A DNA stretch of 64,000 bases from NCBI RefSeq assembly GCF_006345805.1, contig NC_043009.1:71858001-71922000 (forward strand). Reading direction: 5' to 3'. The position numbers and the translations under genes are program-made. Shown here in pieces: positions 27,340-40,250 of this stretch. The notes below the pieces were generated by a model. It saw nothing but the letters and a program-made list of their open reading frames with translations. It ran no database searches and had not been told where the DNA came from. Numbering within the stretch: the stretch's first letter is position 1; each line of letters opens with the position of its first letter. This DNA comes from Octopus sinensis (lineage: Eukaryota).

Positions 27340-28195
27340 AGATTCTCAGCTGTGTCCAAGTCTCTCAGTTTCACAATCAGCTTCAGTAAGACAGGGGTCG
27401 GCCCCCAGCACCCCACCACAGTCAGGAATTAGCATCTATGATACACAACTACCGACTGTTGCTAGTTTCAAATACCTGATGAGTACCATCGCCAGAGATG
27501 GTGCCAATGACAGAAATCATGCCAAGAATCCAGAAAGCAAACCAAGTGCTGACAAGGCTCTGGGTGAAAGTTCTGCGGCACAAAGACATTTGCCTCTCTA
27601 CCAAAGTGATGTTGTGCTGCCATCACACCTGTGTGGACATGAAGTGAAATAGTGCATTGCAGACATATGAAACACCTTCAACCATTTTACAACTGCTCTC
27701 TGCAAGGAGTTCAGTGAATCTGGTGGCAAGATGCTTCTCCGATCTGACAGTCTTGGACGGAGCCAACTCTACAAACATTGAAGTGAGGTTCATAAAAGCT
27801 CAGCTTAGATGGACCAGCCATGGGATCAGCACAGATAGATCCAGGATGCTGTGACAGTTATTCAACAGAGAACCGGAGAAGGACACTCATACCCATGGTC
27901 ATCCAAGGAAAGGTAATAAAGACAATCTCAAGTCCAGACTGAAGGGAGCCAAACTTCAGCCCCTTCATCTCAAGCATACAACAGCTGGCAGGGCCAAATG
28001 GCACAACCTATGCTCCAAGAGCAGCAAACAACTTCCAAACTAAATGGTGTATGCTGCAGCTCAAGGAAAGCCATAAGAGGCACCAAAAGGTGTCTGCTCC
28101 TACCCACAACAAGTGGTGTTCCTTGCTCGACCTGCAACAGCGCATCTGACTTTGGTCTGAGAAGTCGTTGCATGAGCATCTGCAGATGTTGACCA
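27340..28195 (+). mobile_element. RTE-clade LINE 3' remnant (post-RT region to C-terminal Zn finger)
   Basis: Fragments TVASFKYLMSTIARDG, RIQKANQVLTRLWVKV, KAQLRWTSH, GHPRKG and CSTCN..FGLRSR, frameshifted. Confidence 0.8.
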
Positions 28196-28395
28196 CACAA
28201 ACACAATCCACCTTTCTTAAACTTGAGAGATTACCAATATATATATATATTGAGGTTATGAGAGGTAATGGTGTCAAGAAGAGCCAAAGCTGTGAGGTAA
28301 TGCTGAGTAAGTGCTATGGACAGACTATAGTTAAGCTCCAGGTTCAGTGATTAAGGAAATGAGGAGTCAAACGTAGGTCATATATTAGCATGCGC

Positions 28396-28540
28396 ATATA
28401 TATATAAAATTAACAGAGTGAGATAAAAATCAAAGACTGTGAAAGATTTAAAATATCCCAGAAACAGCTGTAAGACCTTCTCTTTATAAATCTTTCACAG
28501 CCTTGGATTTTTATCTTATTCTGTTAATTTACATATATAT
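28396..28540. repeat. Imperfect inverted repeat (~55-bp arms) enclosing a hammerhead 3' half; putative Penelope-like terminus remnant
   Basis: Arms 28396-28451 and 28487-28540. Spacer contains GAAAC-AGCT-GTA-AGACC. Confidence 0.6.
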
Positions 28541-28744
28541 ATATACGTGTACATATATATTTATATATATATATATACACATACATATTGCTTAGACCTA
28601 GTGTTAGAATTCAATATTCATCTGTTCCGGAACAAAGCATCAATTGAGTACAGAGAAGAAATAAGAAAAGAAAATGACAAAGGAATAAGAAATTATGTAA
28701 TGACCCTCGTTACATGATTTCTTGTTCCATTGTCATTTATTTAA

Positions 28745-28781
<37 letters not shown>

Positions 28782-28806
28782 AAATATATGTGTGTGTGTG
28801 TGTTTG

Positions 28807-29025
28807 AATGTCTATGTATCATCATCATCATCATCATCATTGTCATCGTTTAACGTCATATAAATATGCATGCATGTATGTATACACACAAACATACATA
28901 CGCATATACATGCATACATGCATATGTACGTACATACATACACACATACATACACGCATGCATATTTACATGACGTTAAATGACGATGATGATGATGATG
29001 ATGATGATGATGATACATAGATATT
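28807..29025. repeat. Fold-back (inverted) duplication with ~65-bp arms around a (CATA)n spacer
   Basis: atgtctatgtatc(atc)n..gtttaacgtcatataaatatgcatgc is mirrored by gcatgcatatttacatgacgttaaat..(gat)n gatacatagatatt. Confidence 0.85.
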
Positions 29026-30394
29026 TAAACACCAAAAAGAAGGGTCAATTTAGTGTACCTGAAATCTCATCATTAAAGTCATTTTGCCTTTCACTCTGAC
29101 ATCAGTGAAATATATAATAGCAACAGACTAAACATTATAATTGAATTATTGCCATGCTGGAGCAGAAAGCCTCACTGCTTATTTCAGTTTCTTTATATGA
29201 CAAAAACACAACATGGGCGTAAAGGGAGATAACTCAGTGAAACACTAACACCTGAGGATCCTTGCTTTTCATGGATGTTGGTGCTTATCCTGTATTAGTG
29301 ACATAAACCTGTTTGATGCTGCAGTCAATGTTTTGGTCTATTAGTTTCCACACATGGTTGGCTGGTCTTCTGGAAGTTTTCTCATCCCGGTGTCGGATGG
29401 ATGAAGCTACATTTGTGGTCCTAACATGAAGGCACTCATCACAAGGAAAACCCATAACTTAAGACAATCCAGGTTACGCATTCAGAAAAGCAGACACTTG
29501 GCCTTAGACCGGAAATGCATCGTAAAAAGATTGAAACCATGCATCAATTGATCAAAACAAATGCAGGCCTTTGTACAATGGGAATATTATAGATCTTATT
29601 CAGATTAAAGTAATCTGAGAACTGTCCAAACAGCAGAACCAAGATTATCGACCACTGTCTCCTTGCTGATTAGTTTATTCTGTCCCTAATCATCATCATC
29701 ATCATCATCATCGGACTTCCTCTTGCCTCTTTGATCTTTGATGTTATTTCTCCTTTCTCGTAACAACACTTATTTATGCATCAGCTCTTAGCACTTTTGC
29801 AGATATGCACATACATGCAAGCTTGCATGTGGTCACATGCTTCAGTGAAGCTGCTTGTAAGTGTGTACGTACAGGTGATGTGTGTACATACAGGTGTTGC
29901 AAGTGGGTGTATATGTGCATGTCTGCATAAGTGGGTGTGTGTGAATGTTCAGCTATGTGTGTCTGTGTGTAGGAGTATGTATGTGGCTGTGTGTATTCTC
30001 ACTGCATCCCTTCGCACTCTGTGCAGATGTGATCTGTTCGTAAACATCGCTTGTTCACATTCCAAGAAACCTAACCTTTGAAACATCTGAGATATCACCT
30101 CTTTCACACACCTGCTTTCATCACTTCTTAGTTTGTCTGCATTTGTATTATGATTTTCTTCCATGCACATCACCGGTACACACCTTGCATGTACAACCAG
30201 GTGAATGTGGAAGCTTCAACAACAGCAGTGCTCTTGTAATAGGCAACCAATAATGTCCTAGCACGAAACTTAAGTAGCTGCATTTTGCTCTTTGATCACT
30301 GTGGGAAGACATCTTCCTGTCTCTCTTTTTCTCTGTGTGTGTGTGTGTGTGTGTGTGTGCATGCGTGTGTATATATATATACATATATATATAT

Positions 30395-30851
30395 CGAATC
30401 ACCATCCATGAGTTATCGGAGGATGTGCAGATTAGTTACAGCTCAGTTCAGTCCATTATCACCAAAGATTTGGGTATGAGACGCATGTCTGCCAAGTTTG
30501 TGCCAAAACTGCTTTCAGCTGACCAAAAAGATATTCAGGGTTCAGTTGCCCCTTGATGGTGTCAAGAAGGATGAAAACTTAAAAAAATTTTGTGTAGGCC
30601 CTGAGCAGGTATCACCAAGCTTTTGGAAGAATTTGATGCAGATTCTCTGCTCAACTTTCTCTGTCATGGTCAATGTGATGATCACACGCTACACACCTTC
30701 CTTCCAAGCACTGCTGTAAACAAAAGTGAGCTAGAATGTTAAAACTTAGTGTGCATGCACAGCAGAGGTCAAGGTTAATCTGTGCTAAGCAGCTTCATTC
30801 TGTGTGCTTTAGCTTTGTTACTATGGCAACAGTCCAGATACTTACTGATCA

Positions 30852-30860
<9 letters not shown>
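30395..30860. mobile_element. Mariner derivative, truncated copy (+ strand transposase fragment joined to an inverted left end)
   Basis: + strand RITIHELSEDVQISYSSVQSIITKDLGMRRMSAKFVPKLLSADQKD. - strand QRICIKFFQKLGDTCS. Degenerate TIR atggcaacagtccagatacttactgatca at ~30825-30855. Confidence 0.8.
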
Positions 30861-30918
<58 letters not shown>

Positions 30919-31974
30919 TATGTGGTAAAATCCCATTTACACACTATTTTTCACAAAAACAAAAATAAATTTTAGGAGGTATGTAAATTACATGAGTTGA
31001 TCGTTTCCAGAATTTTTAGACATTTTTTTTGTTGAAAAATAACGTACAAATGTAAATATTTGTACCAGAAATTGACTCATTTAACGCCAGAATACATCCT
31101 TGGACATGTAAACTCATTAAGTGAATATGACTTTGCGTTCCTACAGAAACCTTCGTTTACTTTATACAATGTTTAATGTCGTTTCACATTTATGTTGAAT
31201 TATGCAGCAGTCTTATGTTCTCCTCATAGAACACTTGTAATGTATGTATTACCAGTTCTTTACGTATAGTAGATCTTTGCTCTTCTTCTTTGTTTCCTCA
31301 CAGATGTGTATATCGTAACAAGATACTTCTTAAATTTTGCACCTCTCTTGTTCAATAAACACAGAGTTGAACTTGCAAAGCTGTTTATTTTCCCCTTTCA
31401 GTTTTTATTGTTTATTTTAGTGGGTTATCAAACTATGAGTTTGGTCTCCCAGCTAAAATGGCAATGACAAATCTTTAAGTTTGCTTGACATTTAATAAGT
31501 GTGAAAGGGATAAGCATTTTGATATTCCTTATTAAATGCTCTGACAAGAATAGTCGGAAAATCAGAGCTTGAGACCAGAAGACACTTTCGACCAATCAGA
31601 ATTCTGTTTACATAATCAGTTTGATCGGTCACCTTCCTCTGTCGGTTGAGTAAAGTGTCATCCAAGCTGATGTTTATTGGTAATTAACCTTAATTTGCAA
31701 CACTTGTGCATATTTATCAGTTTTGTTTTTGTTGATAAGAATTATCAACAACTTCTCCTGTGATCATGATTTGAGAAGACATACAAAAATATGCTAAAGA
31801 ACGGACATAATCACTTGTGGACAACAAATTGCCATATCCGTAATTCTGAAAATATTAGGTGCGAATTTTACATGAGTAGAAGGTTTTTTTTAACAATTTT
31901 TATCCTGAAAAATCACCAACGTAAATTACACAGGTGTTCATGGGTTTTAACGGTATATATATATATGTATATAT

Positions 31975-32284
31975 TTTGACCGATCGCGCAGTTAAACCAT
32001 TGGGAGTGAAGGACTCCTAGCCTTTGTTAGGGCATCCTTCTAGGAGAAGGTAACTCAGGTAACTGGGATAACTCCGACATAAAACCTGTGGCTCAGTGGT
32101 TACCGATGATGTTGACTTGTTCTTCTTTTCGGATTATGGCTGCTGTTGCTTAAGGAGTGGGATTGACTCAGTGCACAGCCTTTCCCCACTTTAAAAAGAA
32201 TCTTCTTGCACAGGCATTGCACGATAACAACATTGATTAAGCTTTGTGCAATGGCCATACTCAATAACGAGGGGGCGGCCACCA
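31975..32284 (+). mobile_element. Probable non-LTR or SINE-like repeat directly preceding the large microsatellite
   Basis: Higher-GC block with gggcatccttctaggagaaggtaactc, similar from memory to RTE UTR motifs. It runs straight into ATGT repeats. Confidence 0.35.
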
Positions 32285-34711
32285 TGTATGTATGTGTGTG
32301 TATGTGTGTATGTATGTATATGTGCATATGTATGTACGTATGTTTGTGTGTATGTAGGTATGTATGTATATGTGCGTAAGTATGTATGTGTGTATGTGTG
32401 TATGTATGTAGGTATGAGTGTATGTACGTATGTATATGTGTGTATGTATGTGTGTATGTGTGTATGTATGTATGTGTGTGTATGTGTGTATGTATGTGTG
32501 TATGTATGTATGTATATGTGTGTGTGTATGTGTGTATATGTGTATGTATACATGTGTGTGTGCATCAATGTATCTGTGTATGCACGTATGTGTGTATGCA
32601 TGTATGTAAGTATGTGTGCATGTATATGTGTGTGTGTATGTATGTGAAAGTGTGTATGTATGCATGTATGTGTGTATGTATGTGTGTATGTATGTATATG
32701 TGTGTATGTATGTATGTGAGTATGTGTGTGTATGTATTTATGTATGTATGTATGTATGCATGTATGTATGTATGTATGTATGTATGCATGTATGTATGTG
32801 TGTATGTATGTATGTATGTGTATGTGTGTATGTATGTATGCATGTATGTATGTGTGTATGTATGTATGCATGTATGTATGTATGTATGTATGCATGTATG
32901 TATGTGTGTATGTATGTATGAGTGTATGTGTGTATATATAAATGTATGTATTAGTGTGTGTATCTATGTATGTGTGCATGTATGTATGTATGTGTGCATG
33001 TATATGTGTGTGTTTGTATGTATGTATGTATGTGTGCATGTATGTATATGTGTGTGTGTGTATGTATGTTTGTATGTATGTATGTGTGTATGTAGTATAT
33101 ATGTATGCATGTATGTGTATGTATATATGTGTTTATGTATGTGTGTATGCCTGTGTGTATGTATGGGTATATGTGTGCATGTCTGTATATGTGTATGTAT
33201 GTATGTATGTATGTATGTATGTATGTATGTATCTGTGTATGTATGTGTTTGTATGTATGTATGCATGTATGTATGTGTGTATATATGTAATTATGAATGT
33301 ATGTATGAATTTATATATATATGTATGTACGTATGAATGCATGGCTGTATGTATGTATGCATGCATATATGTATGTATGTGTGTGTATGTATGTATTTGT
33401 GTATGTATTATGTATGTGTGTGTATGTATATATGTATGTGTGTGTATGTATGTATGTATGTGTATGTATGTATGTATGTATGTATGTATGTGTGTGTATG
33501 TATGTATGTATGTGTGTATCTATGTATATGTGTGTATCTATGTATATGTGTGTATGTATGCATGTGTATGTATGTATGTGAGTATGTATGTATGTATGTA
33601 TGTATGTGTGAGTATGTATGTATTTATGTGTGTATGTATACATATATGCATGTATGTATATACGCATGTGTGTGTATGTGTGTGTGTGTGTATGTGTGTG
33701 TGTATGTATGTGCGTATGTGTGTATATATGTATGTATATAAAAGTGTATGTATGTATGTGTGCATGTATATGTGTGTTTGTGTATGTATGTATATGTGTG
33801 TGCTTGTATTTGTGTGTGCATGTATGTATGCGTTATGTGTGTATGTGTGTACATATGTTTGTATAAGTGTGTGTATATATGTATGTGTGTATGTGTGCGT
33901 GTATGCATGAATGTATGTGTGCATGTATCTATGTGTGTGTATGCATGTATGTATGTATGTGTGCATGTGTGTGTATGTATGTGTGTATGTGTGTTTGTAT
34001 ATGTGTATGTATGTATGTGTGTACGTATGTATGCGTGTATGTGTGTATATATATATATATGTATGTATTAGTGTGTGTATCTATGTATGTGTGTATGTGT
34101 GCATGTATGTGTATATGTGTGCATGTATGTGTATGTGTATGTCTGTGTGTATGTATATATGTATGCATGTATGTATGTATGTATGTATGTATGTATATAT
34201 GTAGGCATGTATGTGTATATGTATGTATGTGTGTATGTAAATATGTATGTATGTGTGTATATATGTAATTATGAATGTATGTAAGTATGAATGCCTGGCT
34301 GTATGTGTATGTGTGTATGCATGTACGTGTGTATGTGTGTATATATGTATGTATAAGTATGTGTATGTATGTGTGTATGTGTGCATGTATATATGTGTGT
34401 GTATGTATGTGTGTATGTGTGCGTATGTATGTCTGCGTGTATGTATGTGTGTATGTATATATGTATGCATGTATGTGTATGTATATATGTGTGTATGTCT
34501 GTGTATGTATGTATATGTGTATGTATGTCTGTGTGTATGTATATATGTATGCATGTATGTATGTATCTGTGTATGTATGTTTGTATGTATGTATGTATGT
34601 TTGTATGTGTGTATGTATGTATGTGTGTTTGTATGTATGTATGTATGTATGTATGTATGTGTGTATGTATGTATGTGTGTATATATGTAATTATGAATGT
34701 ATGTATGAATT

Positions 34712-34742
<31 letters not shown>

Positions 34743-35001
34743 GTATGAATGTATGGCTGTATGTATGTATGCATGCATATATGTATGTATGTATGTGTAT
34801 GTATTTGTTTGTGTATGTGTGTGTGTATGTGTGTATGTATGCATGTATGTATGTGTGTGTGTATGTATGTATGTGTGTATGTATATATGTATATATGTAT
34901 GTGTGTATGTATGTATGTATGTATTTATGTATGTAGGTGTGTATGTATGTGTGTGTATGTATATATGCATGTATATGTGTATGTGTGTATGTATGTATTT
35001 A

Positions 35002-35037
<36 letters not shown>

Positions 35038-35079
35038 TGTATTTATATATATATGCATGTATGTATGTATGTATGTATG

Positions 35080-35128
<49 letters not shown>
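32285..35128. repeat. About 2.85-kb compound (ATGT)n/(GT)n microsatellite
   Basis: Directly visible; source of all the MCV/HTY ORFs. Confidence 0.98.
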
Positions 35129-35129
<1 letters not shown>

Positions 35130-35637
35130 GTATCTACATATGCACAAAAGCCTAGATGTCTCGAGATACATAGAGATTGGAAAGACCTGCTTATCTTGAC
35201 AAAAGTTAAAGTGTGATTTGAAGGTGAATTGGTTGCCATTTCTAGCTGTTTGGTCAGACATGCAGAAGCGTTTCTGTTGAGTCGAGGAATGGAAATGATT
35301 GATAACAGCAAAGAATTCTTTTGGTTGAAAGCCAATATTTTATTTTCTGACCTATTATCCAAATTTATTCTTTCATTTTAAGAACTTTTTTTTTTTCTTT
35401 CTAGAATCTTCCCCTCTGGCTGATAAATGCATTATTTTCAACTGTAAAATATCTTTTCCTGTTTTTGTTTTATTCTTTAGTCATCACTCAATGATGTCTT
35501 CTTCCCACAGAAGTCAGTGGTCTCTCCATTCCTTTTTGCTAAGAATGAACAAGCACAGGTAAAATATATTGTAACATACCTTCATTCTCAGAAATCACAA
35601 ATGTTCATCTAATGATGTACACGTGCTTGAGTTTGTG

Positions 35638-36290
<653 letters not shown>

Positions 36291-36291
36291 T

Positions 36292-36533
36292 AAAAAAAGG
36301 AAGAAGAAAATGCTGACAAAATAATTTAAGTAAGGGAGAATGTATTTAATTAGGTGAAAGTTCTTTACCGGTTGTGCATTTGTTATGCTTATCAAAAGAT
36401 ATTTTTTTAAGAGTAATAGAGTTCCTTTCTGATAGATCTTTTTCTCTTATCGGTAAAAAGAACTTTCACCAAATTAAATACACTCTCCCTTACTTAAATT
36501 ATTTTGTCAGCATTTTCTTCATTTCCTTTTTTT
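36292..36533. mobile_element. MITE-like hairpin element, ~80-bp inverted arms, in TA-rich DNA
   Basis: aaaaaaaggaagaagaaaatgctgacaaaataatttaagtaagggag...ttctttaccg is mirrored at 36451-36533 with a few mismatches. Confidence 0.75.
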
Positions 36534-36799
36534 ATATATCACAACTCGTGTTCCACATCTCCTTTTTTAAATATATATATATATATCAACCCATGCTAGC
36601 ATGGAAAGCGGACGTTAAATGATGATGATGATGATGATGATGATGTATGTAGATATATATATATATATGTATGTAGATATATATATATATATAAAGATAT
36701 ATATATATATATATATTATAATATATTATGTAGATATATATATGTATGTAGATATATATATATATATGTATGTAGTTATATATATAAATATCGTTTTAT

Positions 36800-37692
36800 T
36801 GGTCGCATTCGTTAAACCATCTCCAAATTTGGTGGAGGCATCAACGAAGATCCTCTATATCACCGCGAGGAGCGACCAGTTTGACATCGTCGGCAAATAG
36901 AAGGGTGTGTTGCGTGAGGTCGTCGGGCAAGTCATTCATGAAGACTAAGAACAATAAGGGCCCAAGCGCTGAACCTTGAGGGACGCCACTGCTCGCACTG
37001 GAGACGTCGGACCGCGAACCATTAACTAGGACTTGGAAGGAGCGATCTGAGAGGAAGACACCAACCCATCGTACAATATCCAGATGGAAACTATATGCTT
37101 GAAGCTTGACAAGTAATAGGCGGTGGTTTACCGAGTCAAAAGCTTTGGCAAAGTCCAATAAAACGATGTCAACAGCATCACCATCATCCGGGATACGCGT
37201 CACCTATTCTTCCATTACCAGTAAGTTGGTCAAGCATGATCTCTTCGGCACGAAGCCGTGTTGGGAATCAGAGATACAGGCTGTGTTTTGGAGGTGGAGC
37301 ATCATACTTTTCTTAAGGATGGTTTCGAACATCTTGCTGATTATTGAAGTAATGGAAACCGGTCGGTAGTTAAGCGGGTCTTCACGGCTCCCTTTCTTGA
37401 AAATTGGGCAGATTATCGCTGTTCTCCAGTCTGCAGGTATAACACCTGTCGCCAATGACATATTGAATGGATGTGTTAAGGGCTCGCAGATGACCGGAGC
37501 CAACACTTTGATAACCTGTGGGTGTATGCCGTCAGGGCCGTGACCCTTGTTGACATCGAGGCCTTGAATAACGCGTTCGACTTCGTCCCGCGTGATGACC
37601 AATCGAAGCATTGGAGGTACCGATCTATCAAATGGAGGGGGTTCATGACCATCATCTTGTTTGAAAATAGTTGAAAAAGCCTCGGCCAGTTC
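36800..37692 (-). mobile_element. CR1-group LINE reverse transcriptase fragment with two in-frame stops
   Basis: NYRPVSITS, QHGFVPKRSCLTNLL, LLDFAKAFDSVNH, GVPQGSALGPLLF and FADDVKL. ORFs 37204-37611 and 36841-37203 are the same frame, split by TAG at 37204-37206; TGA at 36841-36843. Confidence 0.93.
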
Positions 37693-39271
37693 CAGTCAAA
37701 CTATCTAATCCATGCCAGCATCAAAAATAGAAGTTAAATGATGATGATGATGATATATGTGAGTGTATGTGCATGTGTTAGTTACATTTATACATAAATA
37801 TAGATTTATTTTCATATTTTTATGTATGAAAATTGTGTGCTCCAAAATAATAATGATAAAAAAAAGAACGTTGTGGGTTCCAACCTTAATGAAGATGTGT
37901 GTACATTTGTAAAGTATGGCACCTCAATAGAATCATAGAATATTCTGGTGTAAATACAGGATAGAAGCAGAAAAGATGGAGGTTAATCAATGTCTAGAAC
38001 TTTCATAAAAACTCATTCCAGAAATACCAACATATGATATACAATTAGTAGAGAGAGAATGGAAAGTATTCCACACAGTTAAAATGTTGCAAAAGAAATG
38101 TTGGCAAAACTTTCAAAATTCATTGCTAATTGATAGAAATGAAATGCTAATGGAAGTTGTCATGTCTAAAGAAATTCTGCCAAAATTAACTGCAAACCAG
38201 GTTCTGTTTTCACTGGATAATTACATTTTTATTTATTTATTTATGCTGTTATGTTTCTCATTTGTTTTCTGTTTATATGCTTCCTCAAAAGTTGATGAGA
38301 GTCAGCAAGTGGTAAATATATTTCCTGAACAAGTTTTTCTCGGGTTAACAGCAATGCCTTCTGTGACTATTGTGTTTCTGAGTGAATTAAAACTGAATTC
38401 CAAATATGAAAACCTGTTTGTTTCAGTGTTTAGAAATTTGGAATTCAAAGCTAAACTTTACGAGAGAATAAGACCAACAACCTTGGCACAACAGTGGGGA
38501 TTGCAAACTTGTGATCTTTTACCTCCATTTGGATGAGGCAAAAATGGAACTTCCAAAGAATTGTCTGATCTGTTAGAAGTGTCAGGGCAATCTCCTTCAA
38601 ATAAAATCCAACCATCTTAACAAACAAACAAACAAAATCATACTGGTCAAAACAAGCTAGTCCTCACGATACAAAACACATTGGTTGTCATAACTGGAAC
38701 ATTTTTCACCTTAGGTTTGCCTCTTCGGGGCTGACCAGGGCTACGGAGGCAATTGCTATTTGGGTGTGTAAAGTTCTGCAAGAATGTCAGTGCTCCATCC
38801 ATCCATGCCCTTCGTTCTTGGAAATAAAAGAAATAAGTTAAAATTCAAGTAATTCTGCCAATTTCTCGGTCCTTTTAGGAAACTTTCTTCTTGTCATGTG
38901 CGTCAGTAGATTCCCGACCATCATTTGCAGCCTCCAACTCTTGGACTGTGTTTGTCTCTTCTGAAAGCTCTCCGGAATGTCAGTTGCATCTCCTGTCTTT
39001 ACTCACATGACATACACTGTCTAATGTGCCATGACGCTTCCACGGAGCAGTGGAGCCAATTATAGAAAAATGAGAGTGAAAGAAAGAGGAAGAAAAAAGA
39101 AGCTGCAACCCCAGTTAATTACTGGTATTTTATTTATCAATTCAAAATGATGGCACGTAAGATTGATCTTGGTAAGGTTTGAACTCAAAGTGCTACACTC
39201 ATCTACATTTCTCATGAATACACACTGACATATCACATCTCAATCATATATACATGCACACATCATATCTC

Positions 39272-39305
<34 letters not shown>

Positions 39306-39481
39306 CATATGATTGCAATGTTAAGAAATGGCAGATTCTAATAAAAAGTGTCAAAACTATGCCAGAAACGGTTGTTAAATTTGTGATGGCACAAGTAGTG
39401 GTGGTAGTAGAGTTGGTGGTGGTGGTGGTGGTGGTGGTGATGGTGGTGGTGGTGGTGGCGGCACAGCAACTGTGCTTGTAA

Positions 39482-39515
<34 letters not shown>

Positions 39516-40250
39516 GGTGTTCATGGCGAATGTGCTGGCATTGTAGCTAATGTTCATGGTAGCGTTGGTGGTGGTATTACAAGGAATTGTGATGGTGGTG
39601 AGTGACGATGCTGGTGTTGTTGTTGGTGGGAGGGTGTTGATGGTGGCAACAACAACAACAATAATAATAATAATGGCGGTGGTAGTGTTAGCACCATTTG
39701 TAATAAATATTTAAATCTAAATTCTGCCAGACGAGAAGGGTTGGTGGGTGTGAAGGGGCAGCGGAATTGAGTGGTCAGGGGTTTGATCGTTTTCTGAATA
39801 TATTTTTAATGAAGTCCAGTTCTGTCGCAATCAAACAGAAACACAATGAAAGCAAAGATTTAGCAAAGTGATGAGAAGGTAAAGAAAGAGGAGGAAAAAA
39901 TACCTTGTGGTATTTGTTCCAGGATTTTGAGCCCTGAGTTCAAATGCCGCAGGGGTCAACCTTGTCTTTCCAATTTAAAGATCAATAAAATAAAATCCCA
40001 ATCCAAGACTGGGGATTGACAGAATTGCTTGATTGGCAGACATGATGCCTTGTGGTGATTGTTCATTTAATCACTCTTCATTTCATTCTTGAGGTACCAA
40101 AATTTTAGTCCTACACATATATGAGAACATGAGTATATATTTAAATTAGTTACCTGTGCATTCATTGTTATAAAGGTAGGTACATAAAAGATGGGCAGAG
40201 AAACACCTGCCTGAGATGCAGCTCGTCATTGTGTCAGGAGTTTACAGCAA

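Noticed and set aside
32191-35362. Long ORFs (up to 322 aa) of M/C/V/Y or H/T/Y/I
   Set aside because: Translations of ATGT/GT microsatellite.
38084-38536. 150-aa ORF
   Set aside because: AT-rich, low-complexity composition with no recognisable domain or convincing splice structure.
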